This document shows, one piece after another, positions 40,317 through 50,800 of a stretch of 64,000 bases of DNA. Source of the DNA: Clostridia bacterium (GTDB lineage Bacteria > Bacillota > Clostridia > JAAYHZ01). The stretch is taken from assembly GCA_050950825.1 (NCBI GenBank), contig JBMNIH010000001.1:1-64000 (forward strand), given 5' to 3'. Numbering within the stretch: the stretch's first letter is position 1; every line of letters starts with the position of its first letter. Below the pieces are notes generated by a model. It was not told the DNA's origin. It worked only from the letters and a program-made list of their open reading frames with translations, and made no database searches. A program made the translations under genes and the position numbers.

Positions 40317-40908
40317 ATAATGAATTGTATTATAGCATATGTTTTTTCGTATGTAAACCGGATTTTTTGCTCTTTTGCTTAAACAATCGATGTTTTCCAA
40401 AGAGTTCATCCGTTTTCTTTCATATTTTACTTCCTATTAACATTTATTCTGTAAACATTATGATACAATAAAAGTAACGAATGTTCCTTTGCCCTATCTA
40501 TTTTAGGATGCCGATTGCTCGCTGTCAAGGAAGCGAAGGAATTTTTCTAGAAAAACGTAACCAATCGGAGAAATCTTTCGAGAACGAAAAATCCAAAGCG
40601 TGTGGTAACAGATACGGAAATCCCGCTTAATTTCAGAAAGTTCCGACGTAATCATGACAGGAGTATAGAAAATTTGGATTTACGGCAGGGAAAATATGTA
40701 TATAAAAATATATGGAACGCGTTTAGGTGAGAATAAGTATGATATTCGGAGATCCGATGTATAGAAAAGTGTGTAAGGTTGAATTTACTTGATCAATCAT
40801 GTATCATTTTACTTCGTACGCAACAACCAAAAATGAATGTTCATATAAAGAGATAATTTTAGAAATACATAAAACGGTTGTTAATTCAATTTTTGTGTGG
40901 AGGAGTGT

Positions 40909-42579
40909 ATGTCATCTATGATGGAGACTTTGCTGGGATTTGCCGGTGGGTTGGCTTTGTTCATCTATGGAATGAATCAGATGGGCGACGGTTTAAAAAA
41001 GGTTGCCGGCGAAAAAATGAGAAAGATTCTGGAGGTTCTTACAACAAATCCTCTGATGGGTGTTTTTGTAGGGACGGTGGCAACCGCCATCATGCAAAGC
41101 AGTAGTGCTACAACGGTAATGGTGGTAGGCTTTGTCAGCGCACAGCTGATGACCTTGCCGCAAGCCATCAGCGTCATTATCGGTGCCAATATCGGTACGA
41201 CCGTAACGGCTCAAATTATCGCTTTTAATATCGGCGATTACGCCTATTTATTCGCCGCTGTCGGTTTTTTTCTTTCCTTTGCAAGTAAAAAACGAGTTGT
41301 AAAAAACATCGGGCAAACCGTGTTTTCTTTCGGTGTTCTTTTTATAGGGCTCAATATTATGTCGGCAGCCATGAAGCCTTTGGCTTCGAATCCGTTATTT
41401 ACAAATATACTGGTTAGAATAAAAAACCGGCCGATTTTAGGATTGCTGACCGGTACGGTCGTTACGTTGATTGCCCAAAGCAGTAGTGCCACCATCGGTG
41501 TTCTGCAAGGTTTGGCCTCTACTCCCATGGAAGGCGGTGCCGCTTTAATCTCGCTGCAGCAAGCCATTCCTATTTTATTAGGGTGCAACATCGGTACAAC
41601 CATTACGGCAATCTTTGCTTCCATAGGGGCAACGAAAAATGCAAAAAGAACAGCCGTAGCACACACGGTTTTTAATTTGTCCGGTTCCATCGTCTTTATG
41701 TTTATCATACCTATTTTTGCCGTCATCGTTAAAAAAATATCTCCTTCCGGTATTGAACATATGATTGTATCCAGACAAATCGCCAATGCGCATACATTGT
41801 TTAACATTCTTAACACTGTCATATGGATTCCCCTTCTGGGTTTATTAACAAAAATCGTTCGACTGATCATTCCCGGAGAAGACAAGATGCTTGTTGCAAA
41901 GAGAACCTTGTACTTGGATAAAAACGTTTTAAACAACCCCGCCATTGCCATGGAGCTTGCGGCGAAAGAGCTTGCCCGTATGGCCGAAATCGCTTTGGAT
42001 GCCGTGAAAATATCGAGAGAAGCCTACCTAAACAAAGATGAAAGCTTATCCGAAAAAACATTCGAATTGGAAGAAGCAACGGACTTAATACAAGTGGAGG
42101 TTGTCAACTATTTATCTACAATGCTGTCCATGGGAACTTTAAACCACAAGCAATCGGTACGGTTAGCGGGTCTGATGCACGTGGCCGGCGACATCGAACG
42201 CATCGGCGATTATTGCGAGAATATTGCGGAAGCGGCTATCGTAAGGAAAAATGAAAAAGTCGCCTTTTCGGAAGAGGCCGAAAAAGAAATTAACCAAACC
42301 TTTGATCTATTGACCGAAATGCTAAGCAACACCATCGCCGCCCTAAGAGATGATAATATGGATATGGCCAAGAAGGTAACCGACGAAGAAGAGCAAGTGA
42401 ACAACATTGAAGCCGTATTAAGAGAACGGCATATGGATAGACTGAATCGAGGGCTGTGCGATCCGAATGCCGGTATCTCCTATATTGAACTGGTGCACAA
42501 TCTTGAAAAAATCGGTGACCACTGTACCAATATTGCGGAAGCCATTATTCAATATAACTTGGAAGGCAACCTGGCTTAA
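40909..42579 (+). CDS. Na+/phosphate cotransporter (PNaS/NptA) with C-terminal PhoU domains
   Basis: Two QSSS motifs, GANIGTT repeats, DIERIGD/NLEKIGD PhoU repeats. Confidence 0.92.
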   Translation: MSSMMETLLGFAGGLALFIYGMNQMGDGLKKVAGEKMRKILEVLTTNPLMGVFVGTVATAIMQSSSATTVMVVGFVSAQLMTLPQAISVIIGANIGTTVTAQIIAFNIGDYAYLFAAVGFFLSFASKKRVVKNIGQTVFSFGVLFIGLNIMSAAMKPLASNPLFTNILVRIKNRPILGLLTGTVVTLIAQSSSATIGVLQGLASTPMEGGAALISLQQAIPILLGCNIGTTITAIFASIGATKNAKRTAVAHTVFNLSGSIVFMFIIPIFAVIVKKISPSGIEHMIVSRQIANAHTLFNILNTVIWIPLLGLLTKIVRLIIPGEDKMLVAKRTLYLDKNVLNNPAIAMELAAKELARMAEIALDAVKISREAYLNKDESLSEKTFELEEATDLIQVEVVNYLSTMLSMGTLNHKQSVRLAGLMHVAGDIERIGDYCENIAEAAIVRKNEKVAFSEEAEKEINQTFDLLTEMLSNTIAALRDDNMDMAKKVTDEEEQVNNIEAVLRERHMDRLNRGLCDPNAGISYIELVHNLEKIGDHCTNIAEAIIQYNLEGNLA

Positions 42580-42612
42580 AAAGTGAGAAAATATTAAGAG
42601 CAAACAATAAAT

Positions 42613-42636
42613 AAAAGGAAGCGCAAGCTTCCCTTT
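42613..42636. terminator. Bidirectional terminator
   Basis: GGAAGC-GCAA-GCTTCC between convergent genes. Confidence 0.75.
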
Positions 42637-42687
42637 ATTATTTAAATGATAAATGATTACGTTTTTCTATTCGAATTCCAATTCCCT

Positions 42688-43617
42688 TTATGCTTTTCCT
42701 GCACAGCCTAAAACGTTAACCAACTTGTGTTTTACAAGATCTTTAATCATGGATCTTGCCGGTCCTAAGTATTTTCTAGGATCGAATTCCGAAGGATTCA
42801 AAGCGAATTGCTCACGGATACCGGCGGTCATGGCAAGTCTTAAGTCGGAGTCAATATTGATCTTGCAAACGGCCATGGATGCGGCTTTTCTTAACATATC
42901 TTCGGGAACGCCTTTCGCTCCGGGCATGTTGCCGCCGTATTTGTTAATCTTTTCAACTAAATCCGGCATAACGGAAGAAGCACCGTGTAAAACAATCGGG
43001 AATCCCGGCAGTCTCTTGCTGATTTCTTCGAGAATGTCAAAACGCAAACGAGCTTCACCCTTAAATTTGTATGCACCGTGGCTTGTTCCGATGGCGATTG
43101 CCAAAGAATCGACTCCGGTTTCTTTAACGAATTCTTCCACTTCGTCCGGATCGGTATACAAAGCGTCTTCTGCACTGACGCTGATGTTGTCTTCAACACC
43201 GGCTAATCTTCCCAATTCACCTTCCACCACAACACCCTTCGAATGCGCATAATCAACGACTTCTTTCGTTATTCGGATATTTTCTTTGAAGGGATATTTG
43301 GATCCGTCAATCATAACCGATGTAAATCCGCCGTCAATACAAGACTTGCAGATTTCGAAATCTTCGCCGTGGTCCAAATGGAGACATATGGGAAGACCGG
43401 TATCCAAGATGGCGGCCTCAACAAGCTTTGTTAAATAAACGGGTTTCGCATACTTTCTTGCACCTGCCGAAACTTGTAAAATAAGAGGTGCATTGACTTC
43501 TTTTGCAGCTTCGGTGATACCTTGTATGATTTCCATATTGTTTACATTGAACGCTCCGATGGCATAGCCGCCTTCATAAGCTTTTTTGAACATTTCTGTG
43601 GATGTAACTAATGGCAT
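42688..43617 (-). CDS. fba: Class II fructose-1,6-bisphosphate aldolase
   Basis: GAFNVNN, LHLDHG, GTSHGAYK, VLHGAS. Confidence 0.96.
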   Translation of the reverse strand: MPLVTSTEMFKKAYEGGYAIGAFNVNNMEIIQGITEAAKEVNAPLILQVSAGARKYAKPVYLTKLVEAAILDTGLPICLHLDHGEDFEICKSCIDGGFTSVMIDGSKYPFKENIRITKEVVDYAHSKGVVVEGELGRLAGVEDNISVSAEDALYTDPDEVEEFVKETGVDSLAIAIGTSHGAYKFKGEARLRFDILEEISKRLPGFPIVLHGASSVMPDLVEKINKYGGNMPGAKGVPEDMLRKAASMAVCKINIDSDLRLAMTAGIREQFALNPSEFDPRKYLGPARSMIKDLVKHKLVNVLGCAGKA

Positions 43618-43787
43618 AACACTATCTCCTTTAACATAATGTATTTAAACCTTATCGGTCTATTTCTTATCAAATTCTCGAGCAATTATACCGTGTTTCG
43701 GAACTTGCGGTATCCTTGTACAATTCTCATATTATATTATCAAATACAGACATAAAATCAAGTAAAAAATCGCATTCTACGAAGGGG

Positions 43788-43805
43788 ATGTGAAATATTT
43801 AACAT
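43788..43805. promoter_or_regulatory. Candidate Rex operator between divergent fba and pfk
   Basis: ATGTGAA-ATAT-TTAACAT vs Rex consensus TTGTGAA-N4-TTCACAA. Confidence 0.55.
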
Positions 43806-43894
43806 CATTTGATTGAAATCTTTGATTTTTACGGCACATTATGTTATATTTTTATTTGAAATTCTATTAGAAAATTTTTTATTAGGAGGCAACG

Positions 43895-45142
43895 ATGAGC
43901 AAATTAATTGGTAATGCGGTCTTCGGTCAATCCGGCGGACCTACATCAGTAATAAATGCAAGTGCCGCAGGCGTCTTTCAGGAAGCGTTAAAGCAAGAAA
44001 ACATTGTAAAGGTTTATGGCGCTGCTCACGGAATTCGAGGCATTTTGGACGAAGTATTATACGATATCGGCCAAGAAGATTCAAAAGAATTGGATTTGTT
44101 AAAAACAACCCCCTCTTCCGCATTGGGTTCGGTTCGTTACAAACTGGCGAATCCCGATAAAGACGATACCGATTACAAACGTATTCTGGAAGTCTTCAAG
44201 AAGTATAATATCCGCTATTTCTTCTATAACGGCGGAAACGATTCTATGGATACTTGCAACAAAATCAGCAAGTTCATGCAAAAAGCCGGATACGAATGCC
44301 GAGTTATGGGCGTTCCGAAAACCATCGACAACGATCTGTGGGCTACGGACCACTGCCCCGGTTTCGGATCGGCTGCAAAGTTTATAGCAACCACCACCAT
44401 GGAAATATTCCTCGACGCTCGCGTATATGATACTCCGATGATCACCGTTTTGGAAGTCATGGGAAGAAACGCCGGTTGGTTAACGGCTGCAACGGCTTTA
44501 GCTGCAAGCAAGGGTTACGGCCCGGATTTGATTTATCTTCCCGAGGTACCGTTCTCCATGGAAAAATTCTTGTCCGACGTAGAAAAAGTATATAAGAAGA
44601 ACGGTAAAGTTATCGTAGCCGTTTCCGAAGGATGTAAAGACGAACAAGGAAGATACATTCCCGAAATGGTGAAAGATAACTTGGCAAAAGACGCATTCGG
44701 ACATGCCCAATTAGGCGGAGCCGCATCGGTTTTAGCGGAAGCTGTAAAAGAAAAGTTCGGAACAAAGGTAAGAGGAATCGAATTCAGCTTAATGCAACGC
44801 TGTGCCGCTCATATCGCTTCGCTGACGGACATTAACGAAGCCTATATGGCAGGTCAAGAAGCCGTTCGTGCCGCTTGTGCCGGTATAACGGACAAAATGA
44901 TAGCATTCGAAAGAGTTTCTTCAAATCCGTACAAGTGCGTAACCAAACTTGTGAACTTATCCGATGTGGCCAATACGGAAAAGAAGCTGCCGGCGGAATG
45001 GATCATTAATGACGGTACTTTTGTATCCGATGATTTTGTTCAGTACGCTCTGCCCCTTATCCAAGGCAGTCCGGAATACACATTAGAAGACAGCCTGCCC
45101 CGATTCGCTCAATTGAAAAAAGTTTTGGCGAAACCGGAATAA
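43895..45142 (+). CDS. pfk: 6-phosphofructokinase, probably PPi-dependent
   Basis: QSGGP, GGNDS (Asp at the phosphoryl-donor position), PKTIDND, EVMGR. Confidence 0.9.
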   Translation: MSKLIGNAVFGQSGGPTSVINASAAGVFQEALKQENIVKVYGAAHGIRGILDEVLYDIGQEDSKELDLLKTTPSSALGSVRYKLANPDKDDTDYKRILEVFKKYNIRYFFYNGGNDSMDTCNKISKFMQKAGYECRVMGVPKTIDNDLWATDHCPGFGSAAKFIATTTMEIFLDARVYDTPMITVLEVMGRNAGWLTAATALAASKGYGPDLIYLPEVPFSMEKFLSDVEKVYKKNGKVIVAVSEGCKDEQGRYIPEMVKDNLAKDAFGHAQLGGAASVLAEAVKEKFGTKVRGIEFSLMQRCAAHIASLTDINEAYMAGQEAVRAACAGITDKMIAFERVSSNPYKCVTKLVNLSDVANTEKKLPAEWIINDGTFVSDDFVQYALPLIQGSPEYTLEDSLPRFAQLKKVLAKPE

Positions 45143-45169
45143 TAGGAAAGACATGGTTATATAGAGGCA

Positions 45170-46159
45170 CTAATAAAGAAGGTGCCTCTTTTGTTTTCCT
45201 CTTTGCTTTCCCTTCCCTACAATTTTATTTATAAAACGGTAATAGGGTTTTGTAAGCGGTATAAATACGATAGCGCTTAGCAAATTGACCACGATATGGC
45301 AAACAGCCGGAAAAAAGTCGCTAGGGATTCGAAACAAACGGATCGTACCTTCCAAAAAATCATGAAAAGGATTTAGAAAAACCAATCCCGCCAAACATCC
45401 TACCAAGTTATACATGGTATTGGCCCATGCCATCTTCACGGCTTCTTTTTCGGTGTTGAATGATGCAATTTGGGCCGTAATGCATGTGCCTAAATTACTG
45501 CCGAGAATGATGGCGATTACCGCTCCCTTCCCGACGATGCCTTCTTTGAACAGAAGAATGGTAACGGCTGTTACCGCTGCACTGCTGTGCGTTACGGCCG
45601 TTATAAATACGGATAAAATTAACGGAACATATATCCGATCCGCATAACGGGTCCACAAAGAAGAACGCATCATTTGTTCCCGAAATAAAGGCATACTGAG
45701 GTTTAAAACGCCGATTCCGACATAAATGAGCCCTACGGATAAAAGTATGTCTCCCGTGTATTTTAACTTTCCTTTTCGCAAAAAAGCTTTTAAAAGCAAT
45801 CCCAAAGCCAAGATGAAATATTGAGAATACCGCGGGCTATAGCTCATAAGAACGGCACTCAAAGTAGTGCCTAAATTCGCTCCGTAAATGATACCTAAGG
45901 AATTGTAAAAGCTCATCATTCTCGCATGAATCAGGCTGATCGTACAAAGCATCACCGGAGTGCTGCCTTGTAGCAAAACGGAAAGCGTAAAACCGGATAA
46001 AAACGAAGAAAAGGTGTTTTTTGTGTATGACAACAATACCGGCTTGATATGCTTTTCACCGATGTTTAAAAGGGTTTTACTTAAAAATTGAATACCGGCG
46101 TTTAGTATAAAAACACCGATTGCGAAATACAGGGCGATAAATAAAGCAATCTTGATCAT
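45170..46159 (-). CDS. Na/Pi cotransporter family protein lacking PhoU domains
   Basis: QGST/HSSA motifs, GANLGTT/GSNLGTC repeats. Confidence 0.8.
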   Translation of the reverse strand: MIKIALFIALYFAIGVFILNAGIQFLSKTLLNIGEKHIKPVLLSYTKNTFSSFLSGFTLSVLLQGSTPVMLCTISLIHARMMSFYNSLGIIYGANLGTTLSAVLMSYSPRYSQYFILALGLLLKAFLRKGKLKYTGDILLSVGLIYVGIGVLNLSMPLFREQMMRSSLWTRYADRIYVPLILSVFITAVTHSSAAVTAVTILLFKEGIVGKGAVIAIILGSNLGTCITAQIASFNTEKEAVKMAWANTMYNLVGCLAGLVFLNPFHDFLEGTIRLFRIPSDFFPAVCHIVVNLLSAIVFIPLTKPYYRFINKIVGKGKQRGKQKRHLLY

Positions 46160-46208
46160 GATTCATAACTATGACAAGATTGTCCTTCGTATTCTTTGAA
46201 TCCAAAAA

Positions 46209-46688
46209 TTATTCTTTGATGATGTTCAGCTTCTCCAATAATTTCAAGAGAGGATATCCTAATCCGTAGCAAGATACCGCTTGCCCTCCGGCAACCGTCA
46301 GCATGGTGATTCCTAAAGGCAGTGTGGATTCCGTATAAATGGTGCTGACAACCCATCCCACGACGATGCCGTTTACAATCACGGCAGGAAGAGGAACCAG
46401 TACTTTCTTCGATTTGCGAATAAGGTACGTGATGTATGCAGAGATCAAAGTGGCCAAGCTACCGAAAATAATATCCATCCATCCTAATCCTCCGGCGATA
46501 TTCGAAACGAGACAACCGATAAACAAACCGGGAATTGCTGCCGATGTAAAGTACGGTAAAACGGTCAGCGCTTCGGCTACGCGCACCTGAATCGGCCCGT
46601 AGCTGATCGGCATCAAAAGGATGGTCAATGCTGCATATATAGAAGCGATAATGGCGGCTTTTATAATAAATTTCAACTCTATTTTCAT
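46209..46688 (-). CDS. queT: QueT-family transporter (ECF S component)
   Basis: AAIIASIYAALT..PISYGPIQVRVAEALT. Confidence 0.85.
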   Translation of the reverse strand: MKIELKFIIKAAIIASIYAALTILLMPISYGPIQVRVAEALTVLPYFTSAAIPGLFIGCLVSNIAGGLGWMDIIFGSLATLISAYITYLIRKSKKVLVPLPAVIVNGIVVGWVVSTIYTESTLPLGITMLTVAGGQAVSCYGLGYPLLKLLEKLNIIKE

Positions 46689-46737
46689 TACTTCACCTGT
46701 TTTCATTTTTTGATTTTAGAACATATCCATTCTATCT

Positions 46738-47655
46738 TTATATATTTAATAACACAAGCGAGACAATAGAACAGCATATGCCGATAAAAGACAACTTATT
46801 CAATTTCTCTCCAAAAAACAGTCTTCCCACTAAAACAAAAGTCAATATATTGATGGAGTTTAAAGTCGGAAATAAAATTGTGGACGGCATTACGGTCAAA
46901 AAGTACATAAAAAACAAATTTACGGCATTCTGCGTAACGGCGGCAACTAAAACGAATACATAGTAGCGAACGGTATGCTTCTCGGTCAAATCCTTGGCTT
47001 CATTCTTCTTCCGGTCCTCTGTTTTCTCTTTGCTCTTCCTCGGCTTTATAAACATCAGCAAGACCAAGGATATAAGGGAGGAAGATACGGTATATACCAC
47101 CAAGTACTGCTTGTCCATTCCCGTGAAGGTATGAGAAAAGGCTTGGGTAAAGACTACTGCAATCCCCATAAATACCGTAGCGGAAACAATGAACAGAATC
47201 CAGCGAAGGGATTTTTTACGCTTATCGCCGTTTTTTACGCTTAAGTAAAACAAATATATCGTTATCGCGGCAAATACCACGCCAACGGCTTTTATAAAGT
47301 CCAAGGTATCCTTCCATAAGATAATGCCGGTAATCATGGGTAATATGCTATGGAAGGTATATATAACGTTTGTAAGCCCCGTAGGTCCTTCTGCCAAAGC
47401 AAAAAACAGCAGAGAATATGAGATAATATAGCAGATCCCGAAGCATACGGGATAGATTAAAAAATCCATTGTCATGGGTATATTTTTATACGGAGGAATG
47501 GCAAATAGAAATATCGCTTGAAGCAAAGCATACATAAAAATGAAATAAACGGCATTATAAAAACCGTTTTTTCTGCTGCTTTGGGCTTTCTTTACGTAAA
47601 CCGAATTAAGTCCCCTGCTCAATGCAAATACAAAAAACCATAGGGCGAGCATCAT
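46738..47655 (-). CDS. EamA/DMT-family transporter
   Basis: About 10 TM helices, duplicated halves, FFGEKL end motif. Confidence 0.75.
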   Translation of the reverse strand: MMLALWFFVFALSRGLNSVYVKKAQSSRKNGFYNAVYFIFMYALLQAIFLFAIPPYKNIPMTMDFLIYPVCFGICYIISYSLLFFALAEGPTGLTNVIYTFHSILPMITGIILWKDTLDFIKAVGVVFAAITIYLFYLSVKNGDKRKKSLRWILFIVSATVFMGIAVVFTQAFSHTFTGMDKQYLVVYTVSSSLISLVLLMFIKPRKSKEKTEDRKKNEAKDLTEKHTVRYYVFVLVAAVTQNAVNLFFMYFLTVMPSTILFPTLNSINILTFVLVGRLFFGEKLNKLSFIGICCSIVSLVLLNI

Positions 47656-47762
47656 AAAATCTCCTCTATACCATAAAGCATTCTAAATACGTATTGTATA
47701 CCGGCATCATACCGAAAGTCCATGCTTTTAAAAGATAAAGTTCGACCAAAAAACGTATTAAT

Positions 47763-47786
47763 AAAAAAGGATGCATAATGCATCCT
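47763..47786 (-). terminator. Terminator after the heparinase-like gene
   Basis: AGGATGCA-TAA-TGCATCCT plus T-tract on the minus strand. Confidence 0.75.
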
Positions 47787-47820
47787 GTTAAAATACCTTA
47801 TAACCTTTTACTTATCTTTT

Positions 47821-50800
47821 TTATTTTTTCGAACCGATAACGGTTATCATAAAGTGGACCGTGCGTGCAAATTCACCGTCGAAGGCTGAAATCGATACTT
47901 TATGCTGTCCCAATTGATACGGCTGGGGCGTCCATGAGAATTCTCCCGTACTCGGATCAAAGGAGGCTCCTTTCGGCAGCTCCACCGCTTTATATTCAAG
48001 CTCTTTATTCTTCGTGCTTTTTGCGGATACGGTCAATCGAATCTCCGATTTTGAGTTCACGATTTGATTCTTAATCGGTTCAAACACGGGATAGCTATCC
48101 GTAATATTCGGAAGAGGAATCCTAAAGCGCTGTCCGGCCTCAATGTTATATATATACCCTTTATCAAAATCCTTCGGATCTTTATATGAACGTACCGGTG
48201 ACACTTGGCCGATATGAAGGATAATATCGCCCTTCGGGCTTTCTTCCGCACGCTCAATTCTATATGCACCGTTTTGTACACCGTCGTTTTCTACGTAGAT
48301 ATATCGGTTTTCTAGGACGGCAGGATCGATTTTTTGCTCCGGTGTTACGGTAATGGTATTTTCAAGGGCAAGCTCTCGGGTAAAATCCTTGACCGTGCCC
48401 GTGCATGCACCGATCAATCCTTTATTATCGTCAATTACGTCGCCGTCGTTTACGTACATGTAAACCGGTTGGCCGTCCAGTACGGAATATACGCCCACAA
48501 ATCCGCGGAAATCAAACAAATCGTCTACGCGATACAATACCTTGTTGTTCGTTGCATAAACTACATAATCGACTCGTCCGTTCTTAAGAGGAATACGGAC
48601 CGCTTTTACCGCGTCATCCGCGGAAGGGGTTCCGCTTATAACCTTTACGGGAACGCTCGTCATTCCGGTATCGATATACCGTGTTTTTTTATAAGGTTCA
48701 AATACCGTCGTAAACAGCGTGTTTAGATTTTCTCCGGTCCTTCTTGCAAGCACGTATTCCAAATACGGAATATATTTCGTATTAACTTGAGGCGGCTTTC
48801 CTTGTGCAATGGCCACTTCGTCAAGGGTAAAATCGTTTAACATCGTCATTCGAAGATGCAAATCTTCTTGTACTCCCAAAACCCTACGGAAATCTTTCAC
48901 TTTAAAGTCCACGGAAAATTCGGCTTCCGGCACAGAGTCGCGACGAACATGATCAAGCCACGTGAACCCCGGAGGGTATTTTAACATATCCACCGACCAC
49001 AACGTGTCAATCGTATTTGGGTCCTTACCCCAAGGTACGTCAGGGCTTGCATAGGTTCCGATATAATTTCCTTTCTCATCCGTTTGAGGAACCAAGTTCA
49101 AACCTTCCGTTTCGAAGATTTCATCGGATTGGGAATGGAAGCTGTAAATATGATCGTTTCCGCCTACAATTCGGAAGAAATCCACTCCGTAAAACACCTC
49201 GTTTTCGTCATCCGCTTCCACCATGACGACGGTCCTTCGGTATTCTTTTGTCTGCGGATACGCCTTATTCGCATCCACATCGATAATCTTTACCCGTCCG
49301 GAATCGTCAAAATGATGAGGTGTCCCTGCGGTCTCCAGCCCGACTTGGGGCTTTCCGTCCACCATAACGGTATTATGAGACAAAGGCTTTGACACCCATT
49401 GTATTCGGTTAGGTTGTGTTCCCGTGTCCTCCGGATAACCTAAATCCGGAGCCATATTGAGTCCAAAGGCATCGATTCCTAAATTCAAAGCATCGTTATG
49501 CCCGTGTCCGGTTCCGATTCCGAAATAGACGGAAAAATCGCTGTGTGAATTGGTTCCTTGGTTGTTTCCGATAGAACGGTAGTTTGCGCCGTCCCGTACG
49601 GCGGCAAATCCGTAACCCGTCATCATATCGCTATCCAAATGGAAAGGACCGTATTGGTGAACAACCTCAAGAATTTGATCTCGTATTTTTTCAGGATCCT
49701 TTTCCGTAATTTCGCCGTTAAGACCGTTTACGGTATTGCCGTTTAGCATAAATACATATTGCGCAAGTCTCGGGTCTCCTAACCGTTTAAACCCGATTAA
49801 GGCCGTCTCTTTGGACAAGTTAAATCCGGTGGATGCGGTACCTCCGGAATCACCGATTTGCATGGTATAATAATCGGCCATAATGATAGGAAGCTGTGCC
49901 GTGAACATTTGGACAAACTTCGGGTTTTTATACAAATCCACTCCGGGATACGTTTGGTAGCCATATAACAGCTCCGCCACGCCTAAAAGCTCGTTCAACC
50001 ACAAGGAATTGTAACTCGGAGATGCTTCGTTCCCCATACCGTTACGGTCCACAACATCCACAAGCTTTTGAAGTATGTTTACATTTCCTGCGGGACGAGG
50101 AGAGGTTTCATTTTCGTCCGGTTTCATGATCCAATCCAACCATTCTCCGGTCTCCGGCATGGTGTCCAGCGCAACGGCAGCCGTAGCAACGGAAAGCTGG
50201 GTCATACCGAAGTTTCCTGCTATCCTACCGTCTTTTGAAGCTGCGAAAATCTCCCGTAATATTCCGTCTTCAATGTTTTTGCGAATGGCTGCTGTGCAAT
50301 CCTTCGGGTTTTCAAGATTATACTTCTTTGCTTTTTCACTTAAGAACGAAATGACTTCCGGATCTTCGAACATAGGGAAAAAGGCATCGTATGCACGAGC
50401 CAAATCCTGTGCCAGAGCGTTTTCCCATACGACGTCCAGTATCTTCCCCTTGTAGCCGTCACCACGGAAAGTGCGCCACCGATGCCAATCGAAACCCGGA
50501 TAAAAATCGGCAACCCGATCCAACAAAATGGCACCTGCACGACCGTACTTCGGATCTCCGGTGTAGATATAGGCGTACATAAAAGCTCGAAGAGCGCCGT
50601 CAATCACTCCCCCGTGCCATAGACCTTCATGCAAGTAATAGGCAATATAATTGTGGCGTTCGACTACGCCGTTATCATAGACGTTGCCGGGGAAATAACC
50701 GAAGCCGTCGTCTACCCCCCAACCTTCGCCTTTTTCCGGGTAAAGAACGTTGACCAAATACCCGGGCTCACCTTTTGCAATTAATTCGTCGTTTCTTTTA

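Noticed and set aside
46688-47820. preQ1 riboswitch upstream of queT or its operon
   Set aside because: Only ~50 bp precede queT, and I saw no preQ1 motif upstream of the EamA gene
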